From the NCBI GenBank assembly GCA_964016885.1, contig OZ024742.1, positions 377,146,001-377,210,000 of the forward strand: a DNA stretch of 64,000 nucleotides, read 5' to 3'. Below are positions 43,101 through 55,388 of the stretch, one piece after another; the stretch's first letter is position 1, and each line of letters opens with the position of its first letter. Made by a program: the position numbers and the translations under genes. Source of the stretch: Eledone cirrhosa (lineage: Eukaryota). The notes under the pieces are model-generated. The model searched no databases and was not told the DNA's origin. It saw nothing but the letters and a program-made list of their open reading frames with translations.

Positions 43101-44318
43101 AATTTAGTGGGTTCTTTACTGACTCTAGTGTTGTATGGTCTGTCACTCACATTAAGGCTGTGTATCTCTTGAAACATATCGTTCCATATCACTTGTAGGG
43201 TGCCCACAAGTTTTTGGTGCTCTGTTTGTTCAGTAGAGTCATGAATTTCAGCCTCGTTGTTGATGTGGTGACAATTACTACTAGAGTTAGCTGACCATTC
43301 TCGCTGTTCTTCAGTGGAAGTGGGATGGATTTCAGCAAAATTGTTGGTGAGTTGTTCACTGTTAGATTTAGCTGGCCATTCTCTTTGTCTGTCAGTGGAG
43401 GTGGGGTTTGTTGTCTACAAGGGATGTATTTGTAGTATCACTCAATTCCGTTAGATATATCAACTTACATCTAATGATACGTTTTGCCTGTTCATTTAGA
43501 TGCTTTGGAGAAAAGTCTAATTCTGGGTGTTTGGAGTTCCATAAAGTTTTTAGCCTTTGCATAAAACCGAACTTTTGGGGTTCAGATTGTTTGTATGCTT
43601 CATATAATACTTTGTTAAGCTCGTAGCTCCACTGTGTACAACGATTGTAGTTGCGATTTGGTCGAAGGAGACTTGTACTTTTTGCCATGATGAGTTCGTC
43701 TATTCACCAATATTTCGTATTTATTTTTCAAAATAGTCGATGATCTTCTTTAAAAGTTACGACAAAGTTCTGTCAGAATCAAATTTAAAGTTATTCACAG
43801 CTTGGGTAATATTTCTTTTCAGTTAGTTTTTAATTCTACAACTGTGTTTTAAACGTTGTTCTTGAATCGTTTGAATCGAGAACAAAAAGAACCGTTACTT
43901 AGTATATTCCTTTATGAATGTAATATAATATAACAACGCTGTATTTATATGTTAAAGTTTATGTATCATTCATATAAATAGGTGTTCTACAACTTATTCA
44001 CAACATATTCACAGTTCAAACACTTATGTTTTTGTTTCTGAATCGAAAACGTTACTTGTATATTTCTTTATAAATGTAATATAACAACGTTGCATTTATA
44101 TGTTAAAGTGTATGTATCGTTCATATATCATAAGTGTATGTATCGTTCATATAAATAGGTGTTTTACAACACACAGTTCAAACACTTATGTAGAATTATT
44201 GTATGTAATCTTACCGCGTAATGTAGCTCAACTTTTTCCAATATATGGTATGTTGCCTTCATGTAAGCCGTAATTACACACGTCCGATTATCGGACACTG
44301 ACCACAACGGTCGCCATT
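40101..44318 (-). mobile_element. Near full-length degenerate R4/Dong-clade non-LTR retrotransposon (RT + CCHC + restriction-like endonuclease)
   Basis: Single broken ORF 43688-40180. N-terminal domain (WSYELNKVLYEAY...RLKTLW), RT (KSPGPD, YRPIAC, WLDYQKAFDSV, GIFQGDSLS, LFFVDDLKLY, YRYLG), GGRGL, CRLC..EDVSHIVASC, RHD, RPDIVVWD...VVEISCP. At least 3 disablements; 5' UTR has internal duplications; both ends abut (ATGT)n. Confidence 0.93.
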
Positions 44319-44374
44319 TATGTATGTATGTATGTATGTATGTATGTATGTATGTATGTATGTATGTATGTATG

Positions 44375-44701
44375 ATGGTATCCAATGATGTTGACTTGTT
44401 CTTCTTTTTGGTAAATATCATCTTGGTTAAGAGAGTGGGACTGGCTTTGTGCAGTGCCTTTGCTCACTATAAAAGCTTCACGGCACAGGCATTGCTTTAT
44501 ATCTGGAGATCTCTCTGCACTTGCCGTCACACAGTACCATGGGTCCAGCACTATGTGTCAATAATTGTCACAAGTGTAGTGTTTGTACCAGAGGTTTCAA
44601 GTCGCTGGCAGGACTAAAAAGTCACACTCGTTCAGCGGATCGGTAGGGGTTCTCCTACATGGATATAAAGTAGTGGCCGTACAAACGAGTTGGCAGCCAC
44701 C

Positions 44702-44703
<2 letters not shown>
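44375..44703 (+). mobile_element. 5'-truncated RTE-derived non-autonomous element with (ATGT)n tail
   Basis: Near-identical to the reverse complement of 49939-50272; encodes the remnant C2H2-like motif CSVCTRGFKSLAGLKSHTR typical of RTE ORF C-termini. Confidence 0.75.
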
Positions 44704-44734
<31 letters not shown>

Positions 44735-46011
44735 TGTATGTATGTATGTATGTATGTATGTATGTATGTATGTATGGATGGATGGATGGATGGATGGATG
44801 GATGGATGAACCTGTAACTCCTAATGATGTCGAAGGGGTGTCGTTGTGAGACTTGAGCACATCAAACCTCGCGGAACCCTTCTCTTCGCGAGATATGAAC
44901 ACAGCTGATTTCTTCCAGAAAAGAGAACGAGAGAGTGTGAATGAGATAGAGAGAAAAGAAGAAAGATATACAGAGTAAGAATGAGCCCAAATAATACACT
45001 GATACTTTATTTACCGATATCGAAAGGATGGGAGGCGAGATTTGAACTTAGAGAGCCCAGAGAGCTGGAATACCGCAAAGGATTCTATCTGATGTTTTAA
45101 CGACCCTGCCAAAGTGCACAGTTCATGTGGTATGTTAGGCAATTGTCATTTACTATAGGCCCGGGTCGACACAAGCTATGTGGTTGAAATTGGGTAGACG
45201 GAAACTGTTTGGAAGCCCGTTGAATGGATTGTGCTTATAATTCCCTGCCAGGAGTTGCGACAGGGAGATAGTATCAGCAATGGAAAGACCAATGGAAACA
45301 CTGTTTCCGTGGTTTGATTTGACAAGGTCCATCCGACTAAGTAAGCAAATGAGGTCTGGGAATTTGTTGATCGAACTCTCTTTATGCTTGTAATTCAAAC
45401 GGCCAGCGTCGTCCCACATCATATTACACTAAATCTCCCTGAGAATTGCATTAATGATACACGTGTCTGTAGAATGCTCAGTCACATTCACGTTAATCTC
45501 TTGAGCAATTTTTTACGTTAATCGAACAACTGGAATACTCATCGTCGAAATCGACAGAGGTCCATTCCAAACTGTTTTTATAAAGAGTTGTTATTTATCT
45601 ACAGACCAGTTCCTGTTGTGTAGAACTATAGTGAAAGCCGTTCTAATTGTGACTATCCCGTCTTATTCCATATCAGAGACAGTGTATAATACATTAGTGG
45701 TGGGTATGACAATTAAGTGAGGTTTTTTCACACCGAGAAACCACACCCTTATCAATTTAAAACTCCAGGGTGTGATTCTGTTTCTTCCAGGTCTTTCGAT
45801 TACAAAAGCCCTTCCTCGTTGTCTCAGTTATATTCTTTTAAGGAATCTAATAAACCATATTCTTAAGAATTCATTGAAAAAAAGCTTTAGCTACGAACTG
45901 AAATTATTTTATTATCATCTGATAATTCCAATCCCTATAAAGTATCGTAGAATATATTATATCGATAGACTTTTTGCCAAATCTGAATGAATAGACAAGA
46001 GTAAAGATTTG

Positions 46012-46150
46012 TCTGTATACACATCTCATATTTTGTGAATTTCGGATATCTAATGATATACGGTATGTTTAATAAATAAACAATGTTTATTTATTAAACA
46101 TACCGTATGTCACTAGATATACGAAATTCACAGACTTGTATGTATACAGA
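46012..46150. repeat. Imperfect ~140-bp palindrome (MITE-like)
   Basis: TCTGTATAC...GTGAATTTCG-ATATCTA-TGA-ATACGGTATGTTTAATAAATAAAC / GTTTATTTATTAAACATACCGTAT-TCA-TAGATAT-CGAAATTCAC...GTATACAGA. Confidence 0.75.
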
Positions 46151-46744
46151 TATGTCGGAGCTAAAATAAATTTTTTTAAATTTCATTCTGAAATCTTATT
46201 CTCAAAGTTGGTTTAAAAACCATTGACAATTACATAAATATGAAAAAGAAAGATAACAAAATTAAATAATGAGAAAAAAGGGGAAGGGGGTAAGGAAGGG
46301 CAGATCTGGCTTTATGGGAAAGTAGAGGAAAAGTAAGAACGCATGGGCTACAGAAGAAATGGAGGGGGAGGAGAGAGGGTTCTGGGCCTAGGGCGGGGCA
46401 ATGTTTGAGCTGCGCCCGCGGACAAAACTGCAAATCTATAAATATACTTTATAATACAGTGTAGCATTGAAATAAATCACTGTGTATGTACCAGTAATTT
46501 ATATAGCAAACTAGCTTCTAAGACCGCGTTATATATGCAAATTGGCATAACGAATTTAGTTGAGCCACTAGTGATAGTGGGTTTATAAGTAGTATGTTTG
46601 TCTGCAGTCAAGGAAACAGAGCAGTCACTAATGGAATCCCAACGTAGAATTGATCTACCTTTACTGTCCACAAAAAATATTGTATTTAAAGACCAGGTGT
46701 TTAGCACGGTCGATATTTAAAATGGCTTAAAATCTATAAATATA

Positions 46745-47395
46745 AAATATAATACAATAATGGATCCTAATTTAGTCACAAGGCCAGTAAATATAGAATA
46801 TAATACAATAATGGATCCTAATTTAGATACAAGGCCAGTAAATATAGAATATAATACAATAATGGATCCTAATTTAGATACAAGGCCAGTAAATATAGAA
46901 TATAATACAATAATGGTTCTAATTTAGTCACAAGGCCAGTAAATATAGAATATAATACAATAATGGTTCTAATTTAGTCACAAGGCCAGTAAATATAGAA
47001 TATAATACAATAATGGTTCTAATTTAGTCACAAGGCCAGTAAATATAGAATATAATACAATAATGGTTCTAATTTAGTCACAAGGCCAGTAAATATAGAA
47101 TATAATACAATAATGGTTCTAATTTAGATACAAGGCCAGTAAATATAGAATATAATACAATAATGGTTCTAATTTAGATACAAGGCCAGTAAATATAGAA
47201 TATAATACAATAATGGTTCTAATTTAGATACAAGGCCAGTAAATATAGAATATAATACAATAATGGATCCTAATTTAGATACAAGGCCAGTAAATATAGA
47301 ATATAATACAATAATGGTTCTAATTTAGTCACAAGGCCAGTAAATATAGAATATAATACAATAATGGTTCTAATTTAGTCACAAGGCCAGTAAAT
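46745..47395. repeat. 50/51-bp minisatellite (~13 copies) made from a SINE terminus
   Basis: Unit AATATAGAATATAATACAATAATGGTTCTAATTTAGTCACAAGGCCAGTA; the last unit continues into a family A SINE. Confidence 0.92.
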
Positions 47396-48012
47396 TTGAT
47401 TGAAGGACAAAGTTGATTAATGAAACCAGCCCCAAATGTGACTGGTACTTTATTTCATCGTTCCTCAGAGTTATTAAAAGTAAAGTTGATTTCGGCATAA
47501 CTTCAGAACTCAAAGAGAAGTGACAAATACTGCTAAGCTTTTGTGCGATGCTCTAATGACTCTGCCAACCCACCGCCTTAGCGTATATTACAGTAGTGAT
47601 TTCTAATCTAGATAGAAAACCAGCGACTTGTAAGGAGAGGAAAGTCAATTATATCAACTCCAGAAGGACGAAAGGCAAAACTAACCTCGGCGGCATTTGA
47701 ACTCAGAACATAAAGAACTGAGACAAACACTGCTAAATATTCGTCCAATTCTCTAACGACTCTGCCAACCCACCACCATATTGTATAATATAATAATGCT
47801 TACTGATTTAGGCACAAGGCCAGCAATTTTACGGGAGGCGAAAGTCAGTTAAATCAACCCCAGTGCATTACTGGTACTTTATTTTATCGACTCCGTAAGA
47901 ATGAAAGTCAAAGCTAACCTCAGCGGGATTTGAACTCAGAACGTAGAAAGTCGAAACTAAATAGCACAAGGCATGTTGCCTAACGCTCTACCGACTCTGT
48001 CAATCCACCGAC
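47370..48012 (-). mobile_element. Three head-to-tail SINE (family A) copies
   Basis: Family A motifs at ~47370-47580, 47600-47780 and 47808-48010. Confidence 0.85.
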
Positions 48013-48159
48013 ATATTGTATAATACTATTATAACATTGAAACAACACTTTTAACACATCAATAATTTACTTCTCATTTCTTCCTCAAATATTTTGTTTC
48101 ACTGCTTTCTATCAGGGTTATATTTCTAAACTGGCAAAATAAAACTTGACTATAGTGGT

Positions 48160-48780
48160 AAGAAACTCCCAGGAGAGCTGGACAGCAGAAGGTCATCAGA
48201 GAAGAAACTCCCAGGAGAGCTGGACAGCAGAAGGTCATCAGAGAAGAAACTCCCAGGAGAGCTGGAAAGCAGAACGTCTTCAGAGACGAAACTCCCAGGA
48301 GAGCTGGACAGCAGAAGGTCATCAGAGAAGAAACTCCCAGGAGAGCTGGACAGCAGAACGTCTTCAGAGAAGAAACTCCCAGGAGAGCTGGAAAGCAGAA
48401 GGTATTCAGAGAAGAAACTCTCAGGAGAGCTGGAAAGCAGAACTTCTTCAGAGAAGAAACTCCCAGGAGAGCTGGACAGAAGAAGGTCATCAGAGAAGAA
48501 ACTCTCAGGAGAGCTGGAAAGCAGAACGTCTTCAGAGAAGAAACTCCCAGGAGAGCTGGACAGCAGAAGGTCTTCAGAGAAGAAACTCCCAGGAGAGCTG
48601 ACAGAAGAAGGTCATCAGAGAAAAAACTCTCAGGAGAGCTGGAAAGCAGAACGTCTTCAGAGAAGAAACTCTCAGGAGAGCTGGACAGCAGAAGTTCTTC
48701 AGAGAAGAAACTCTCAGGAGAGCTGGACAGCAGAAGGTCTTCAGAGAAGAAACTCTCAGGAACAGCAGAAGGTCTTCAGA
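48160..48780. repeat. 42-bp minisatellite (~14 copies)
   Basis: Unit AGAAGAAACTC[C/T]CAGGAGAGCTGGA[C/A]AGCAGAAGGTCTTCAG. Confidence 0.95.
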
Positions 48781-48917
48781 AAAGAGCCCCTTTCTCAAGC
48801 GAGCGTTTCAGCTTAACTTCTTACACTCTAATGGGACCTGACTGCATCCAGGTCATGACTCCTGGGTGCCCTTCTGCTGACATTTAGCCATTTGGATATC
48901 TGAGACTTGTGGTTATG

Positions 48918-48985
<68 letters not shown>

Positions 48986-49938
48986 GGTGGTGGTGATGGT
49001 TCTAGTAGTAGTAGTAGTATTGGTGGTGTTGTGTATTTAAACGACATCAAGATTCTGAATACTGAACTCAAATCGGAGTCTGGTGTATGAAATCAAGTTT
49101 GTGTTTGAGTTGAATATTATTTCATTTTGTTGAACTAGATGTAAAGTATCTGTGGATAGAAAATACATATTTAGGATATCTCTTAGCCATTGTAGATATA
49201 CCCTCATCTTTCGTGCCTATTTTACTTTACTATTTATATTTTAAATTGAATGTGACAAAGTAAATCCTGATCTCTGGGACTGATATCTTTACTCTACTAA
49301 ATCAAGAATTCCTGGAATCATTTTACTGAGAGTATTTATTATTATTTTTCATCTGACGACAGATCACATCTTTGTACGACAACGAATTCAATAAGATAAA
49401 ACATGATACAATCCAATAACGAACAGACAAATAAAATGTAACTCTTTACAACTGAATATATTTTTATCTCAAGTCATCCAACGCCCGAATATAATGGCGT
49501 TTTATGTAAGTTTATATCATTTTTAGCTTTTCCCAAAACCTTAACACAGATCTAGTCGTCGATGAGATGCTTAAGTGAAGTCATTTTTTTTTTACATCGT
49601 AAAACTAATGTGTCACACATAATGATATAAAAACATAATGAAAATTATATAAAAAAGGCAACAAAATTAAACAAAAGAAAACGTGAAGCAGAAGGAATCG
49701 ATGACTTTCAGCAATGTTTATAGTCAATAGAATGTTTTCTAGTTTATCAATTTTCCCTTATTACAACGATATACCTACACTGGGATGTTGATCAGTTGCT
49801 GCAGTAGATCATCTCATTTCACATATATACACCCAATAATATACACATACACACATAGTCACATACAAATACACAAACTCTCTCACACACGCGCATTGTC
49901 ACATGTATACATATATACATACATGCATACATACATAC

Positions 49939-50500
49939 ATGGTGGCTGCCAACTCGTTTTCGAGTACGGCCACTACTTTATATCCATGTAGGAGAACTCC
50001 TACCGATACGCTGAACGAGTGTGACTTTTTAGTCCAGCCAGCGACTTGAAAACTCTGGTACAAACACTACACTTGTGACAAATATTGACACATAGTGCTG
50101 GGCCCATGATACCATGTGATGACAAGTGCAGAGAGATCTCCAGATATAAAGCAATGCCTGTGCCGTGAAGCTTTTATAGTGAGCAAAGGCACTGCACAAA
50201 GCCAGTCCCACTCTCTTAACCAAGATGATATTTACCAAAAAGAAGAACAAGTCAACATCATTGGATACCATCAGGGTTGCAGGTGTTATATCAGAGTTTT
50301 CCTTCTCCTAGAATTCTGCCTTGACAAAGGCTAAGGGGTCATCTCTCCCGGTGATTTTGGATGGCCATTGACTCTTAAGAGCTCCTTTGCCCTTTGACAG
50401 GTTTTGTTTTTAGTCCTGCAGGATGTCCAAAGTCACCCTCCTCACCAAGAAACCTTGGTGGGGTTGCCAGTTTAGTCGCCAACGACCCGACCATGAGACA
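49939..50500 (-). mobile_element. RTE-derived non-autonomous element between (CATA)n tracts
   Basis: RTE-type 5' motifs (GGCGACTAAA, CTAGGAGAAGGAAAACTCTGA) joined to the RTE-like 3' C2H2 remnant; homologous to 39491-40080 and 44375-44703. Confidence 0.75.
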
Positions 50501-50515
50501 TACATACATACACAC

Positions 50516-50555
<40 letters not shown>

Positions 50556-50560
<5 letters not shown>

Positions 50561-50655
50561 AACGAGTAGGACCCCGACGGCTGAGCTCAAGCCGTTTCGA
50601 CGTTGAGTACTTTGGTGCGTTATGGTCCACCTGGTTCCTTACCACATTTCCTTCG

Positions 50656-50660
<5 letters not shown>
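50556..50660. mobile_element. (TA)n-embedded fragment with internal inversion (34790 family)
   Basis: GGAACGAGTAGGACCCCGACGGCTGAGCTCAAGCCGTTTCGACG joined to the inverted TTGAGTACTTTGGTGCGTTATGGTCCACCTGGTTCCTTACCAC. Confidence 0.75.
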
Positions 50661-50701
<41 letters not shown>

Positions 50702-51371
50702 AATTGGAAAAGTAAATAACAACAACAAGGAGTACAGTTACGAAATGTGTTAGGTATTACGTTCACGCACAGATATATATATACTTACACACACACATAC
50801 ACACACGCGCGCGTACGCACACACACACGCACGCACGCACACAGTAAATGTCTTGGGGAGCCAAAGGGACTCATCATAAAGTATGTCACTTATGGATTTC
50901 GGAAATTGCCAATGTCGTACGTTTGGAAGTTTATTGGGTTTTATTTTAGAATTGTGACGATGATGATGACAATCTATACGTATATATATATACGTATATA
51001 CATATATATACCATGTGGCTTGCTGTTTTCCAACCTTCGGTTTCCTTCTGTTCTTTACTTCTCTCACTCGCTTTACGCCTTTCACTTGTCCCAATAGCTT
51101 ATTTTAGTTATTGCTCGCACCAACCTGAGGTATCTGATTTTTAATGCGATGAAATACCAATGATGGTTGGCAAAATCACTGACGAGGGACTAATTTTATA
51201 ATATGTAATCCATGTGCAACCATGCAGTATTCTTCTTCCCCTTGTTTTTCATATATATATATATATAGGAAAAAGTATGACCCCTTTTTCCTATTTCCCA
51301 CTCTACTACCCTAAGTATTGTGTACTCTGGTGCGTTATGGTCCATCTGGTTCCTTACCACAATTCCTTTGT

Positions 51372-51437
<66 letters not shown>

Positions 51438-52049
51438 AACACACACACGCACACACACATATATATATGTATATGTATGTATATATATATATATATATAT
51501 ATACATATATATAAAGAATTAGTATATCTACCAACATATATATACAGATGCATACCTATGCTAGCAAATATATAGGTTTTGTCTTAGTAACTTTGTGGTT
51601 CAATGCAAGGGGATGCAGAACAATTATATGAAAGACGTAAAATAAGAAAATTATAAAAATTAACTTAAAATTTCACTCCAACTAATTAGTTTCTGAAAGG
51701 GAATAAACATGGTTTCCGAATGGAACCCATGGAGAAAGCCTTTCGTCATCAGGAAGTCTATCCTCAGCTAATTTCCCAGGCGATGCGTGGACACAGAGAA
51801 CTTATACAAAAATAATTCAGTGGATGGAAAAAAGCAAGCGTGGACTAAATTCTAAGACATTGAAAAAATCACTGCCTACTTGGTCGGTGGCAAATTCAAA
51901 AGAATCAATCACATGACATCGAGGTTAATCAGTGAGGAGTGGGGTGTTAAGAAGACAGTAGCCGAACTATTACTATGAAATATAGTAGCAGTTTTGGCAA
52001 ATTTTTGCTCAACAAAATAGTTTTAAACATTTGACTTTTTATTTAACTT

Positions 52050-52143
<94 letters not shown>

Positions 52144-52354
52144 TTATAACTGTTTAAAATTTAAACACTCAACCATACACATAAATACATAAATACAGAA
52201 ACAATTTCACTATTGCTGCTCCAATCACAAGGTCCAAAGTTCTAACCCTACAATTGTCCCTGTAAATAGTTATTTCCCCAAAGTTACTCTTATATTTAAT
52301 CTTGTATGTCATTTGTATATCCATGCTGAACATTTATGTTATTATAACATAAGT

Positions 52355-52490
52355 TCAGATCCCACCGAGCTCAACTTTGAGCTCAACTTCTGATGCAGAC
52401 GAAATAAAGTACCAGTAATGTACTGAGGTTGATATACTCGACTTTCCTTCTCCCTTCAAATTGCTGGCCTTGTGCCTAAAATAGAAATTA
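52355..52490 (+). mobile_element. SINE (family A)
   Basis: AAATAAAGTACCAGTAATG...TTGCTGGCCTTGTGCCTAAA. Confidence 0.75.
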
Positions 52491-52870
52491 TTATTGTTGC
52501 TATTAGTGACTATCACGTTTTTATTTGTAATGCCACAGTAATTCTTAGAATGTGTCTTAAACTCGGTGTTTTCTCCCAAAGGAACCACCGATGACGTCAC
52601 AAGAATTCTTTCCACTTGAAAAACTCCAAGGTGTTATTAAGATTACATTTATAATGTTCATTAAAAGCTTAATATAATTCTATTATTTAAAGATTAGCAC
52701 AGATTGACGTGGGAACATGGCTATAGGTAGTGTGATAATGGCGAGGTTGAGTGTGTCCCAGTGTCTGTGTGTGTAAGGCTATGTGTGTGTGTATGTGTAT
52801 GTTGATATTTCATTGTAAACGTGTACAGTTCACTTTGCTCTTGTTAATGTGTGTGATTGTATGTATACAC

Positions 52871-52952
<82 letters not shown>

Positions 52953-53118
52953 GTATATATATATATATATATATGTACACGTATATATATATACGTAAGT
53001 GTGTGTAAGGGTGTCTGTATTTGAGTGTGTGAGAGTGTGTATGTGTATGTGTATATTGATGTTTGATTGTAACGTTTACAGGAGTTCACTTTAGTCTTGT
53101 TAATGTGTGTTTGTATGC

Positions 53119-53189
<71 letters not shown>

Positions 53190-53190
<1 letters not shown>

Positions 53191-53521
53191 TTGTGTGTGA
53201 CACACACAAAAACAAGATGGCGTAGGACAGAACAAAGGAGAGGTACAAAACAAAGAAAAGAATCTCCAGTCACTGAAGAAGTCAGAGTATGTGTGACGAA
53301 AGAACTTTGACAATATACGAACAACCGTCCGGTTATGGAACCAACTAACCAACCAGAAATTTATAAATTCATAAATTTATAAATTTAATTTAAAATAAAT
53401 TGAAGTGAAAGCAACTGGTGCGTGTGTTTCTTATTGGCAACATGACCCTCCCAAAGTATAACACTATCGGTTTCAAAACACGTTTTCAGATAAAGAATCT
53501 TGCTAAACAAATTCAGAAACG

Positions 53522-53525
<4 letters not shown>
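53190..53525 (+). mobile_element. Solo Penelope 3' tail (pseudo-LTR) with hammerhead at 53269-53311
   Basis: Highly similar to the reverse complement of 35025-35330; GTCA-CTGAAGA-AGTCA...TGAC-GAAAGAACTT-TGAC; flanked by (TA)n. Confidence 0.85.
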
Positions 53526-53591
<66 letters not shown>

Positions 53592-54079
53592 GATATATTA
53601 ACAAATGGAAACTATATTTATAAAACCATATTTATTTCATTATACATATTTCAAGGACACCAAGTCAAATTATGGTGCGCTTTCATCAGATAAAATATAA
53701 TATAGATCAGTTTTATAAATAAATATTGACATACCCTTAAAGAATGCGACCATTTCTGTTGGAAGCTCCCGGATAGTGGGGTTATTATATTTATTTAGTC
53801 TATTATGCAAATTAGTGTCGGATATGTTTAAATCACAGTAGATTTAAAATAGGCCTTTCTTTCTTTTTTTCTTTTTTCTTTCCTTTTACATACTCCAACG
53901 GCCTATTTTAAATCTGAAATGTGTGTCTCAAGACAACCAGGTTCCAAATTCCACTCACAAGTTATTAGTCAACCGGGAGCCATAGTAGAAAGTCGTGCAT
54001 GGAGTGTGAACCCAGAATGTAGTGGTTGCGAAACAAACTCCTTCGCCACACAGACCATGCCTGCCAATATATATATATA

Positions 54080-54408
54080 TATATTGCTTTCGCTCCACTC
54101 GGTCACCAATGACCATGGGATTTCTACCTAGAAAGTCCCCTCCGAGTCACAAGTCCGGTAAGGTTGTTTGTGGAAGGCCATCAGTCACCCATGTATACCA
54201 GTCTCCCCTCTCCATGACACCGATGTTGTCCAAGAGGAAGCCAATGGCCAATACAGCTTGGCACCAGTGACGTCACAACTCATTTCTAGAGCTGATTAAC
54301 TGGAGCAACGTGAAATAAAGTGTCTTGCTCAAGAACACAACACATCACCCGGTCCTAGAGTCGAACTCACAACCTCGTGATTGTAAACCCGATACTCTAA
54401 CCACTAAG

Positions 54409-54467
<59 letters not shown>

Positions 54468-55012
54468 GGATATTGTACTCAAGTGCATAAATCCTATAAA
54501 AGGACCTTAAAAGACGGAAAAAGCAGTTGCCATCGGCCAGCCGATGTGCTCAAGCGCATAGATAAGATAGCTGGCCGGCCGATGGCAACTTATTTTCCAG
54601 TCTGTTAAGGGTCTTCACTATTCTATAGCAACTATGCACTTAAGCATATCCTCTTTTAAACTTATATATAGAATAGAGAGTAAGGCTGAAGTGGTTTTTA
54701 CAGTGTCTCTGTAGGTAACATATACCCGTGGGTAACCTCTGAAAGATCAACTGAAAAATCAGCTTGTGAAATTAGGGTACAAGTTACTGATCCTTCTACA
54801 CACTCCTGGACCCTTAATGTAGTTGTCAGGGAGGAGTCAACATGACGTGGTGTGTGACAAAGCTGACTCTCTAAATTACAGGTACAACTCATTTTTGGCT
54901 AGCTGAGTGAACTGGAGTGACGTGAAATAAAGTGTCCTGCTCAATGACCCAACGCACCACCGGAAAGTAAACCCATGACCTTATGATCGTAGGCCGCACA
55001 ACTCATAACCAT
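54080..55012 (-). mobile_element. Two family B-type SINE copies (~54080-54410 and ~54700-55010)
   Basis: ACTGGAG-ACGTGAAATAAAGTGTC-TGCTCAA...GAACTCAC motifs. Confidence 0.75.
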
Positions 55013-55127
55013 ATATATTGTCAAATATGTTATTTGAGTTAACAGTTTATTTTGCCCTCTCTCTCTCACCCTCTTTCTCTTTCTCTCTTTCTCACACCCC
55101 GTTTCTCTTTCTCTCTATCTCCCCTTT

Positions 55128-55213
<86 letters not shown>

Positions 55214-55388
55214 ATATATAGTATTAAGGATACTATTTATGGTTATGTATATAATAAAACCTTTTATGGTTATATATTTTTTATACAAACCCCAAATAGT
55301 GAAAGATAGTCATTTATTACTATCTTATTACCAGTAAGATAAATAGCTCAATCTAATAACATCAGTTGTTTTACAGAGCAGTTATATA

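Noticed and set aside
48146-48601. RR-NSQESWTAEGHQ repeats resembling a second neuropeptide precursor
   Set aside because: 42-bp minisatellite with no ATG or signal peptide, an in-array frameshift at ~48600, an open antisense frame and no recognisable peptide family.
52592-52599. Perfect CRE (TGACGTCA) as a neuropeptide promoter element
   Set aside because: No TSS or exon could be tied to it, and the same 8-mer occurs in repeats elsewhere (~12586, 12717, 54268).
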